This document shows positions 1 to 7,666 of a stretch of 39,559 nucleotides of DNA, piece by piece; the first letter of the stretch is position 1, and each line of letters begins with the position of its first letter. The notes below the pieces were generated by a model. That model searched no databases, was not told where the DNA came from, and was given only the letters and a program-made list of their open reading frames with translations. A program made the translations under genes and the position numbers. Source of the stretch: Gammaproteobacteria bacterium (GTDB lineage Bacteria > Pseudomonadota > Gammaproteobacteria > Pseudomonadales > JAHFSE01); assembly GCA_023265895.1 (NCBI GenBank), contig JAHFSE010000012.1, forward strand, positions 1 to 39,559, written 5' to 3'.

Positions 1-3000
1 CGCTACCTCCACAATAGATGCTCGACTCAATTTTTTCTGATGTCCGCCTAAATATTTCACTAACCCAACAGAAAAATAACTGGCATCACTAGAAAAAGAT
101 TCTATCTGTGGACGAAGTAATAAACCGGGTTTTAATAAATAATCAGCGCCAATAATCCACTTAACTTGTATATTTTTTTCTTTTTCATAGGCAACATCTT
201 TTCCAGTATTATGCAAATAACTAAAGCCTGTCCCCGCAAAAGCAGACCAACGATCGCTTGGCTGCCAAAATATTTTTCGAATATCTGCAGAAAGAGTTTG
301 ATAACTCACACTGGCTTTGAGCTGATTCGTCGCGTCAAATAAACCAACGTCACCTAAATAATTGTAATTCACCTGCAGCGCTAAAGAAGGCGATAAATTA
401 TATCCAGCAAACAAACCTAAACCAAAGGCATTACTATCATCATTCTCAAAAGTCGTTGTACTGGTATCAGGCCAAAGATAACTCACACCAAGATTACCGC
501 CAATATAAAGAGGAGCAAAAACCAACGGTGCTGCCTCCTCGGCAACGACAGGCGTGACTACCAAAGCAAGAAGTGTCATTGGCAATAAATATAATCGCTT
601 CGCGATGACTCTTCTTCTTACTAAGCACAAACCCATGAGGAAAAATAATGCAACACCTTGCATACTACCGCCGCCGCCAGTACGTACAGCAGCGCCACCG
701 CTGCCGCCCAAACTTCGCGAACCATCGGTATTTTTATCTAAATAATCAGCAACACCATCGCTGTTGGAATCTCGCGGACTCGTAGGATTAGCACCTAATT
801 CGCTTTTCGTTAATACGCCATCTCCATCATCATCTTTATCCATGTAATCAGGCGTTTTATCCTGATCGGTATCTCGACAAGGAAGACCAGGACATTCGGC
901 TAAATCACTGACACCATCCAAATCACTATCACCCGATTTATCAGTTGTGACAGTATGATTGGATGCATCTGCATCAAGATAATCAGGAATATGATCACCA
1001 TCTACATCAGCAGGATTTAATTTATCGCTGCCAATTTCAGCACTCGTTAAAACATCGTCACCATCATCATCAGTATCACGAAAATCAAAAATACCATCAC
1101 CATCGGTATCCACTGTATTTGACTCAAAATAATCTGGCATACCATCACCATCGGTATCACTCAGTTCATTTTTAGTTAAAATACTATCGCCATCATCATC
1201 AGCATCACGGTAATTTGAGACCCCATCATGATCGCTATCGACACAAGGAAATCCAGGGCATTCAGCAGAATCTAATAAACCATCGCTATCAGTATCTGCT
1301 ATATCTTCGTTGACAGGATTACTTGCAGTGCCACTTAGAAAATCAAAAACACCATCATTATTGCTATCCATCGCACTGGCAACATCACACCAACCGTCAC
1401 CATTATTATCAGTACAGTGTGTCTCGCTAGCATCTAGGTAAGTAAAAATACCGTCGCTATCTGCGTCACCGTAAGGATTGACGCCAGCATTTTCCGCAGT
1501 ATTACTAATACCATCACCATCCGCATCTACATCTCTCCAGTTAACAACACCATCTCGATCAACATCTGGCAACGAATTTGGATTGGAGGGATCTGAATTT
1601 TCCATTAATTCTACTAAATCAGGCGTTCCATCTTTATCGGTATCCATTAATAAATCTTTGACTAAAGTAAAAGTAGCTTGATCCGGTAATGCACGCTGAC
1701 TGAAAGTCAAAACACCATTTTCTAATTTCATTGGCGGAAACATTTGAGCATTAGCAAAATTCCCAGTGCCAGCCTGATCCACTAACAAAGCATAATCACC
1801 TGCATATTGTTGACTGCTAGACAGCGCTCTCACTGAAAACTTCACGTCAAAGGCACTAATATTGGCTGTTGCTTGATTCACGCGCCATACACGCGCCAAT
1901 CGTTTCCCGCGCACTAAATTTTCCGGTACATCAATTCGCTGCAATGCTGAACCTGGATCTAATTCCTCTGCACTATGCCCTAAAAAGACCAAACCATCTT
2001 GTGCAAGACCAACTGGATTTTCCAAAGTTGCCGCAGAAGAAGTTGCTTGAGTAGCATAAAAATTCGTACAGGTATTGCCTAGAGGATCGGAAGTTGTTGC
2101 TCGTAAGTCCATCGCACTCGTTAAATCATATCCATAATTATCATAAGCATCATAGGCGCTCACATGTAAAAATGGCAGATTGTATTTTTTAGTTAGAAAA
2201 AAACTAACAGAACGCGCTTCACATTCACTGAGTGCGCGATTGTAAATAATAATTTCAGCAACATCATAATCGCCGTATTGAGCACCAGACAAATCGCGAT
2301 TGATGCGCAAATGTGTAAAAGTAGCGCCGGCGCCAGAAACACCAGCACCCGCAATAGACAAATTCTTTTGATCTAATAAAGCCCCATCACGCCAAATATT
2401 AAGACGCTCTCCTGAGCCAGTTGTATTATGGGTAAAAGCATCGACATGCCAAGATTGTTCTTGCGCAGCATATAAAAAAGGCCCATTGCTTTGACTTTCA
2501 AAGGACATACGTTGGGCACCACCTTGAGCACCCACCTCAAAAAAACGACTGGCTCGACGATCACTATTACTAAAAAGTGGCTGACTTTGACTGCGCTCAG
2601 CGGTGGACTTCATCACAACAAATACAGAGTAATCCGTACTCACTGCAGCATCTAAAGTATGTTCTAAAGTATCTAAAGAGGCTGCAGAAAAATGCACTAC
2701 ACCCCGCTTAGCAGGCCCACTCTGAGTAAGATATTGAGGCGCCCCTTTACCAGCAACAGAAGTCAAATGATAGTTATTGCCCGAATGGTCGACCCAACAA
2801 GCCACACTCTGATTGTTAGAGGCTGCCGAAGATTGACAGTTGGCATTTCGATAAAGATTCCCTTCACTGGTATCAAACCAACCTAAAAGATTAGTAGCGT
2901 AAGGTGGAGGCACACCATCAAAAGGTTTTGCAGCCCATACTGTCTTCCCACATAGCCCCAAGAGACAAGCGATAAGCAAAACACTAGCTCTTAGTAATAA

Positions 3001-3018
3001 AGAAGAATTCATTTTCAT
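1..3018 (-). CDS. Large exported LamG-like / thrombospondin type-3 repeat protein that continues in-frame into an OmpA-type outer-membrane beta-barrel module (3' end beyond the window)
   Basis: Own translation of the minus strand from ATG 3018, with AAGG about 8 nt upstream. It begins with the signal peptide MKMNSSLLLRASVLLIACLLGLCGKTVWA. A LamG/ConA-like region ends in DVAEIIIYNRALSECEARSV. About 300 aa of DxDxDGxxD Ca-binding repeats with paired Cys follow (ECPGFPCVDSD, ECPGLPCRDTD). Next come a Gly-rich/hydrophobic/RRR segment, a second signal-like segment, and amphipathic beta-strands. I checked blocks at 1-240, 481-780 and 1621-1680, and they are in frame with 3018 with no stops. No minus-strand ORF of 60 aa or more in this frame is listed in the track, which fits an ORF that runs off the edge (1006 codons). 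Confidence 0.75.
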   Translation of the reverse strand, partial: MKMNSSLLLRASVLLIACLLGLCGKTVWAAKPFDGVPPPYATNLLGWFDTSEGNLYRNANCQSSAASNNQSVACWVDHSGNNYHLTSVAGKGAPQYLTQSGPAKRGVVHFSAASLDTLEHTLDAAVSTDYSVFVVMKSTAERSQSQPLFSNSDRRASRFFEVGAQGGAQRMSFESQSNGPFLYAAQEQSWHVDAFTHNTTGSGERLNIWRDGALLDQKNLSIAGAGVSGAGATFTHLRINRDLSGAQYGDYDVAEIIIYNRALSECEARSVSFFLTKKYNLPFLHVSAYDAYDNYGYDLTSAMDLRATTSDPLGNTCTNFYATQATSSAATLENPVGLAQDGLVFLGHSAEELDPGSALQRIDVPENLVRGKRLARVWRVNQATANISAFDVKFSVRALSSSQQYAGDYALLVDQAGTGNFANAQMFPPMKLENGVLTFSQRALPDQATFTLVKDLLMDTDKDGTPDLVELMENSDPSNPNSLPDVDRDGVVNWRDVDADGDGISNTAENAGVNPYGDADSDGIFTYLDASETHCTDNNGDGWCDVASAMDSNNDGVFDFLSGTASNPVNEDIADTDSDGLLDSAECPGFPCVDSDHDGVSNYRDADDDGDSILTKNELSDTDGDGMPDYFESNTVDTDGDGIFDFRDTDDDGDDVLTSAEIGSDKLNPADVDGDHIPDYLDADASNHTVTTDKSGDSDLDGVSDLAECPGLPCRDTDQDKTPDYMDKDDDGDGVLTKSELGANPTSPRDSNSDGVADYLDKNTDGSRSLGGSGGAAVRTGGGGSMQGVALFFLMGLCLVRRRVIAKRLYLLPMTLLALVVTPVVAEEAAPLVFAPLYIGGNLGVSYLWPDTSTTTFENDDSNAFGLGLFAGYNLSPSLALQVNYNYLGDVGLFDATNQLKASVSYQTLSADIRKIFWQPSDRWSAFAGTGFSYLHNTGKDVAYEKEKNIQVKWIIGADYLLKPGLLLRPQIESFSSDASYFSVGLVKYLGGHQKKLSRASIVEVA
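721..1650 (-). repeat. Degenerate coding repeats: thrombospondin type-3-like calcium-binding repeats (Asp-rich DxDxDGxxD units)
   Basis: The plus strand shows recurring atcaccatc / atcatcatc strings. On the minus strand these read GAT-GGT-GAT, giving motifs such as DTDKDGTPD, DADGDGISN, DADSDGIF, DTDSDGLLD, DSDHDGVSNYRDADDDGD, DTDGDGMPDY, DTDGDGIFDFRDTDDDGD and DSNSDGVADYLD. Confidence 0.7.
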
Positions 3019-3152
3019 AATGATTGCCTTTGATTCAGTAGACACTAGAGAAAAATTGCTCAGCGAGTATAAGAAAAGCCACTGTAAGCTTCAATGCGTC
3101 AAAGTTACTAGAGCGTAACGTTTTTGTCTTATTTTGCTGATAATATGATTAA

Positions 3153-4784
3153 TCAAGCACGACAACCATGCAACAAATACCAAGTTTGTCGATAACGGTA
3201 TCCTAAATCAATGCTTCGTAAAGACTCAGAACAAGCTGCCAGACTGGGCCATAAAATACTGTCTTTTGGTGCTAATAGCCAATAATTACTGTCTTTACTC
3301 AACCATATTATTGCTTCGCGCCATTGTTGCTGAAGGTCTTTGCGAAAACCAAAAACCACAGTACCTGCTGGTGCGTGCAATAACAACTGCTCTTTCCAAG
3401 CAACCATACCCAAAGTAGCGCCAGGTCCCATTTGTTGCTGAACTTGCACCATTAGAGGCTCAGCAGAACGTACCGCATTAATCACTGGATAAGTTACCCA
3501 ACCATAACCCATCCAAAATAAACCCAAAAAAACGGTTAATCTGGTTAATCCCGATTGCTGCCACCCACGCAAACTCCAAACGATAAAACCTAAACTACCA
3601 AAACCTAAAAAGAAATATGGAATGACAGGTTGCTGCAACACCATTGCAGTTGGCTTATATATTTCGTAAATGCCCGAACCTACCAGTAAAGCGCTCACTG
3701 ATAATAAAAAACCACTCGCCAATTTTTGCAATCGCACACTGCTCCATAATTCTTTAAGAAAGGGTGCTGTTGCTAAAGCAAGCGCTGGCGCGATAGGTAA
3801 AATATAAACGCCTCGCTTCCCTGGACTGATAGAAAAAAATAGCAATACACAAATCATCCAACCCAATAGCAACCCTAAACGTGCATCTTTATTTTTTAAG
3901 GCTAACCACCAACGTGGTAATAACCAAGGCAGCGCTAAAGTGACAGGGAACCAAGCCCAAGGCGCAACAACAATTAAATAATACCAAAAAGGTTCGAGAT
4001 GATGCCAAGCATGGGCATAACGAGTGATGGTTTGATGAAATAAAATATTATTGCGATATTCCAATAATTGAGCATTTTGCGATTGATAACTCAACCACAA
4101 TAAAGGCACCAACCAACAACCAATTACCAATAAAGCTGCCGCTGGCCCTAACAACCAACGCTTATTTTTCCATGGAATAGATGGAATAAACGACCATCGC
4201 CTAAACGCCAACACAGCATAGGGAATTAAGATAAACCAAGGTAAAATGCCAACGCCTTTGGTAATAACACCAAAACCAATCGCCAAACCACTGATTGAAT
4301 ACCATCGCCAATTTGGCCCTAATAATAAATGTCGAATTAATCCATAAAAACCTAATGTGGTCCAAAAACATAACACCCCATCAATTTGGGCTGTTTTAGC
4401 TTGTAAAGTGAATTGAAATAAACTCAGCAAAACTGCGCCTGCAATCCAACCCATATCACGCCCCCAAAGGCGTTTAGCTAAATCATAGGTTAGGAATAAT
4501 GTGCCCAAGGCAGCTAACAAGGAAGGGAGTAAAAACGCAAAACGCATGACATGAGTCAGCGCATAAAAAACAGCGATGCACCACATAAAAAAAGGTGGCT
4601 TGTCCGGATACAGCTCACCACCCCGCGTTGGTAACAACCAATGACCACTGCTCACCATTTCCTTTGCCACCAAAGCAAAGCGTGGTTCGTCTGGGGCCCA
4701 AGGATCACGCAATCCTAAGCCAGAGCTGAATATTAAAAATGCAACGACAAATAAAATAACACAATTAAGAGGTGGATAACGCAT
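3153..4784 (-). CDS. ArnT-like polyprenyl-phosphate-sugar dependent glycosyltransferase (GT39/GT83-type, multi-pass membrane)
   Basis: The N-terminal motif WAPDEPRFALVAKEMVSSGHWLLPTRGGELYPDKPPFFMW closely resembles the ArnT/PMT_2 signature (DExRYAEIxREM ... YFEKPP). There are many hydrophobic helices. The ORF-track start at 4805 is a TTG. ATG 4784 (MRYPPLN) is preferred and overlaps the upstream gene by 20 nt. Confidence 0.7.
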   Translation of the reverse strand: MRYPPLNCVILFVVAFLIFSSGLGLRDPWAPDEPRFALVAKEMVSSGHWLLPTRGGELYPDKPPFFMWCIAVFYALTHVMRFAFLLPSLLAALGTLFLTYDLAKRLWGRDMGWIAGAVLLSLFQFTLQAKTAQIDGVLCFWTTLGFYGLIRHLLLGPNWRWYSISGLAIGFGVITKGVGILPWFILIPYAVLAFRRWSFIPSIPWKNKRWLLGPAAALLVIGCWLVPLLWLSYQSQNAQLLEYRNNILFHQTITRYAHAWHHLEPFWYYLIVVAPWAWFPVTLALPWLLPRWWLALKNKDARLGLLLGWMICVLLFFSISPGKRGVYILPIAPALALATAPFLKELWSSVRLQKLASGFLLSVSALLVGSGIYEIYKPTAMVLQQPVIPYFFLGFGSLGFIVWSLRGWQQSGLTRLTVFLGLFWMGYGWVTYPVINAVRSAEPLMVQVQQQMGPGATLGMVAWKEQLLLHAPAGTVVFGFRKDLQQQWREAIIWLSKDSNYWLLAPKDSILWPSLAACSESLRSIDLGYRYRQTWYLLHGCRA

Positions 4785-5043
4785 ACCGTCTTTCACGATG
4801 CACAAGATAAAGATTGCGCAGATAAATAATTAATCCAGACCCTTGCCCTACCGCAAATACTGGATCTTGGCGATGAAGCGCATAAGCAAATAATACGGCA
4901 CCACCACCCAAGCTAAAATACCAAAAAGCAATGGGAATAACGCTGCGCTTGACTTTTTCACTGCTTAACCACTGAACAATAAAACGCAGAGAAAATAATG
5001 TCTGCCCCATAAATCCAACCATGATCCACAGATCTTTTGTCAT
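4765..5043 (-). CDS. Small membrane protein with a lipid-A-disaccharide-synthase N-terminal (LAB_N) type domain
   Basis: The 92-aa sequence GQTLFSLRFIVQWLSSEKVKRSVIPIAFWYFSLGGGAVLFAYALHRQDPVFAVGQ matches my recollection of the LAB_N family. The gene is sandwiched between the GT2 and ArnT-like genes. Confidence 0.6.
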   Translation of the reverse strand: MTKDLWIMVGFMGQTLFSLRFIVQWLSSEKVKRSVIPIAFWYFSLGGGAVLFAYALHRQDPVFAVGQGSGLIIYLRNLYLVHRERRYALSTS

Positions 5044-5055
5044 GACCCAGTTCCT

Positions 5056-5811
5056 TTATTTAAGTTCCTGCCAATCAAATTTTTTATTTCTTTTTAATAA
5101 CCAAAAAACACCCAGCAGGTCCACTAAACCAACCCATAAACGATTATGCAATCCATACTTGGAAATCCCTTTTTGTCGAGACCGATGGTTGACTTCAACC
5201 GAAAAAATAGCACCGCCTAATCGTTTAAATAATGCAGGCATGAAACGATGCATATGATCAAAATAAGGCAATTTTAAAAAAGCTGCGCGAGGAAAAACTT
5301 TAAGACCGCAACCAGAATCTGGTGTGTCGTCTTGCAGAAAATAACTACGTACACCATTCGCCACTCGGGAAGATAAACGTCGCAACCATACATCACGACG
5401 AGATCGACGATATCCCATAATTAAAGCGGGTTTATCCCGCTCACCTAGGTTATTTGGAAAACCATGGGCTTTCGCTACAGTCAATAATTTTGGAATATCT
5501 GCAGGATCATTTTGACCATCACCATCTAAGGTAGCAATCCAGGGAAATCGAGCGTTTTGTACACCTAGATAAACCGCTGTACTTTGCCCCTGACATGCTT
5601 TCTGACGCAAAATACGCACCTGAGCAAATTCTGATTGCAGTTGCGCCAACTCTTGCGCACTAAGATCGCTGCTTGCATCATCAACGAATAGCACTTCCCA
5701 ATCAGTTAACGCAGATAAACTCTGGTGAATCTCTAGAAATAAAGGGCGAATATTACCTGCCTCATTATGGACAGGAACAACAACTGAAACAGCGGATTGC
5801 TGAGTACTCAT
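5056..5811 (-). CDS. GT2 polyprenyl-phosphate glycosyltransferase (ArnC / dolichol-phosphate mannosyltransferase-like)
   Basis: VSVVVPVHNEAGNIRPLFLEI ... WEVLFVDDASSD ... ATLDGDGQNDP are the classic GT2 DxD/DGD motifs of ArnC/DPM1-like enzymes. There is a C-terminal hydrophobic helix. Confidence 0.75.
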   Translation of the reverse strand: MSTQQSAVSVVVPVHNEAGNIRPLFLEIHQSLSALTDWEVLFVDDASSDLSAQELAQLQSEFAQVRILRQKACQGQSTAVYLGVQNARFPWIATLDGDGQNDPADIPKLLTVAKAHGFPNNLGERDKPALIMGYRRSRRDVWLRRLSSRVANGVRSYFLQDDTPDSGCGLKVFPRAAFLKLPYFDHMHRFMPALFKRLGGAIFSVEVNHRSRQKGISKYGLHNRLWVGLVDLLGVFWLLKRNKKFDWQELK

Positions 5812-6060
5812 AATGGGCAGGATTCCTAATAGCCTAAAAACGCGGCCATTAGACGCTATTTCCGTTAAGTGATCAACCGCGTTACTGAAGATCTGCTTAA
5901 GAATCCTCAGCCATCTATTGCTTTAAAATAATAAGCAAGCCGGTATAGCCAATGAAGATAGTTTTTGCTAACCCATGTTTTTTACGGCACAATACCGGCG
6001 CTTCGCGCGTAGCAAGTCATTTTTATATTACACAGTGAAGGAATGAGGTCCGCTGAATTT

Positions 6061-6279
6061 ATGTCGAAAGAAGAACAGATTGAAATGGAAGGCACCGTAA
6101 CAGAAACCTTACCTAATACCATGTTTCGGGTCGCGCTGGATAATGGTCACATTATTATCGCCCATATTTCAGGCAAGATGCGCAAAAACTATATTCGAAT
6201 TCTCACGGGCGACAAAGTGAAAGTTGAAATGACACCCTATGATTTAAGCAAAGGCCGCATTACCTACCGCGTGCAATAA
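6061..6279 (+). CDS. infA: Translation initiation factor IF-1
   Basis: [70 protein letters not shown] is the canonical 72-aa IF-1. The track ORF starts 6 codons earlier at 6043. ATG 6061 gives the conserved length. Confidence 0.95.
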   Translation: MSKEEQIEMEGTVTETLPNTMFRVALDNGHIIIAHISGKMRKNYIRILTGDKVKVEMTPYDLSKGRITYRVQ

Positions 6280-6305
6280 AATTCATCTCGCGTCTTTCAC
6301 TGAGG

Positions 6306-6340
6306 TTATTCACAAATCCCGTGGATAACTTTGTGGAGAA
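6306..6340. promoter_or_regulatory. Cluster of three DnaA-box-like 9-mers in the convergent infA / E2 intergenic region
   Basis: TTATTCACA at 6306-6314 fits TTWTNCACA. cgtggataa at 6320-6328 has the reverse complement TTATCCACG. tgtggagaa at 6332-6340 has the reverse complement TTCTCCACA. The last two each differ from TTATCCACA at one position. Confidence 0.25.
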
Positions 6341-6405
6341 ACCATTTAAAAATGCAATCTCACCACGATTAATCAGCCCCGACAACAAATTGATTGAAAA
6401 TACAC

Positions 6406-7650
6406 CTAAGTGAAAAAGCTTTGAAAATTTTCTAAGCGCTGCTGTAATGCAATTAAAAAACGCACGCCATCGGCACCGTCAATAATACGATGATCATAGG
6501 ATAGCGAAATCGGTAATATTAATTGCGGTATAAATTGTTGTCCGTCCCACATGGGTTTGTATTGACTACGGGATACACCCAGAATCGCTACTTCAGGCCA
6601 ATTCACAATGGGTGTAAATTGAGTTCCACCCAACCCACCCAAAGATGAAATCGTAAAACAACCGCCCTGCATTTCCTGCGGTAATAATTTTTTTGCCCTC
6701 GCCTTAGTACTTAAGGTTTGCAATGCTGTAGCAATCTCTTGCAAAGATTGATGATCAACATCACGTAAAACTGGCACCACTAAACCATGAGATGTATCCA
6801 CAGCAAAACCTATGTGGCAATAGTGCTTTATAATCAGCTGATCTTGCGCCGATGATAAGGAGGCTTTAAATTTTGGAAATTCACTCAGAACATCTGCTGC
6901 TGCTTTAAGTATAAAAGCTAACAGGGTCAACTTAATGCCATCTACCCTTAAATCTGCATTAAATTTTTTCCTTAATTTTTCCAACTCCGTAATATTCACT
7001 TCCTCAAATTGAGTGACGTGAGGAATAACAGACCAACTACGTTGCAAATTTTTTGCACTGGCTTTTGCCAAAGTCGTTAAGGCTATTTTTTCAATCGAGC
7101 CCCACTGACTAAAATCAACATCCGGCAATAAACTCGAAGATTCTACTGCTGAGGTCAAACGTAATTTTACATAAGCCTGTATATCTTCTTTTAAAATACG
7201 TCCGCGAGGCCCGGTAGGTTTCACTTGCGCTAAATTAACACCCAATTCATACGCTAAACGACGCACCGCTGGACCCGCATGCACCTGAAGATTAACCTGA
7301 GAAACAATGGAATGAGCCGTTGCAATAACAGCTGAAGATTTAGCCTTTATCGCCGAAGAGGCACTCATAGAAACACCAGAAATCACCGGTATTTTCGCCT
7401 CAACTGCTAATAATTCTTCCACCTCCATTTCAGCAATTACTTGCCCAGAATGAACGGAATCACCCACCTTGATCAACCATTTTTTTATTACGCCAGAAAA
7501 AGGCGCAGGAATTTCTAATGTAGTTTTTTCTGATTCAACCACTAATAAAGTTTGTTCTTTTATCAGCGATTGATTGAGTACAGCCTGAATTTCAATAACA
7601 TCAAGCGCATTCTTACCCACATCCGGCATTACAATAAACTGTATAGGCAT
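6406..7650 (-). CDS. 2-oxoacid (pyruvate-type) dehydrogenase E2 dihydrolipoamide acyltransferase with a single lipoyl domain
   Basis: A lipoyl domain (LLVVESEKTTLEIPAPFSGVIKK), a peripheral-subunit-binding domain (PAVRRLAYELGVNLAQVKPTGPRGRILKEDIQAYV) and a catalytic domain with SLSYDHRIIDGADGVRFL (DHR motif) are present. No E1 or E3 gene is adjacent. Confidence 0.85.
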   Translation of the reverse strand: MPIQFIVMPDVGKNALDVIEIQAVLNQSLIKEQTLLVVESEKTTLEIPAPFSGVIKKWLIKVGDSVHSGQVIAEMEVEELLAVEAKIPVISGVSMSASSAIKAKSSAVIATAHSIVSQVNLQVHAGPAVRRLAYELGVNLAQVKPTGPRGRILKEDIQAYVKLRLTSAVESSSLLPDVDFSQWGSIEKIALTTLAKASAKNLQRSWSVIPHVTQFEEVNITELEKLRKKFNADLRVDGIKLTLLAFILKAAADVLSEFPKFKASLSSAQDQLIIKHYCHIGFAVDTSHGLVVPVLRDVDHQSLQEIATALQTLSTKARAKKLLPQEMQGGCFTISSLGGLGGTQFTPIVNWPEVAILGVSRSQYKPMWDGQQFIPQLILPISLSYDHRIIDGADGVRFLIALQQRLENFQSFFT

Positions 7651-7666
7651 AGTCTATTCTCAGAAA

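Noticed and set aside
554-2054. Four plus-strand ORFs in the track (554-745, 963-1175 His-rich, 1478-1681, 1869-2054) that could be taken as small genes, one with a striking poly-His composition.
   Set aside because: They lie antisense to a continuous minus-strand frame with clear domain content. The His-rich string is the reverse reading of the GAT-GGT-GAT Asp/Gly repeat codons (atcaccatc). None has convincing start signals.
2373-2564. A 63-aa minus-strand ORF inside the LamG region.
   Set aside because: It is in a different frame from the long ORF that starts at 3018 (the offset is not a multiple of 3). It has no recognisable motifs and is a shadow ORF.
4785-4805. The longer start of the ArnT-like ORF (MCIVKDG...). 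Similar extended track starts occur for flgB (24936), flgC (24507), flgH (20451) and the COG3014-like gene (35405).
   Set aside because: The track starts I checked (4805, 24936, 35405) are TTG codons. The ATG codons just downstream give N-termini that match the conserved family starts or the lipoprotein signals.
6280-6405. The DnaA-box cluster interpreted as the chromosomal origin (oriC).
   Set aside because: There are only three boxes. I saw no adjacent AT-rich 13-mer-type unwinding element or further boxes. The flanking genes (infA, E2) are not typical origin neighbours. It is kept only as a low-confidence DnaA-binding site.
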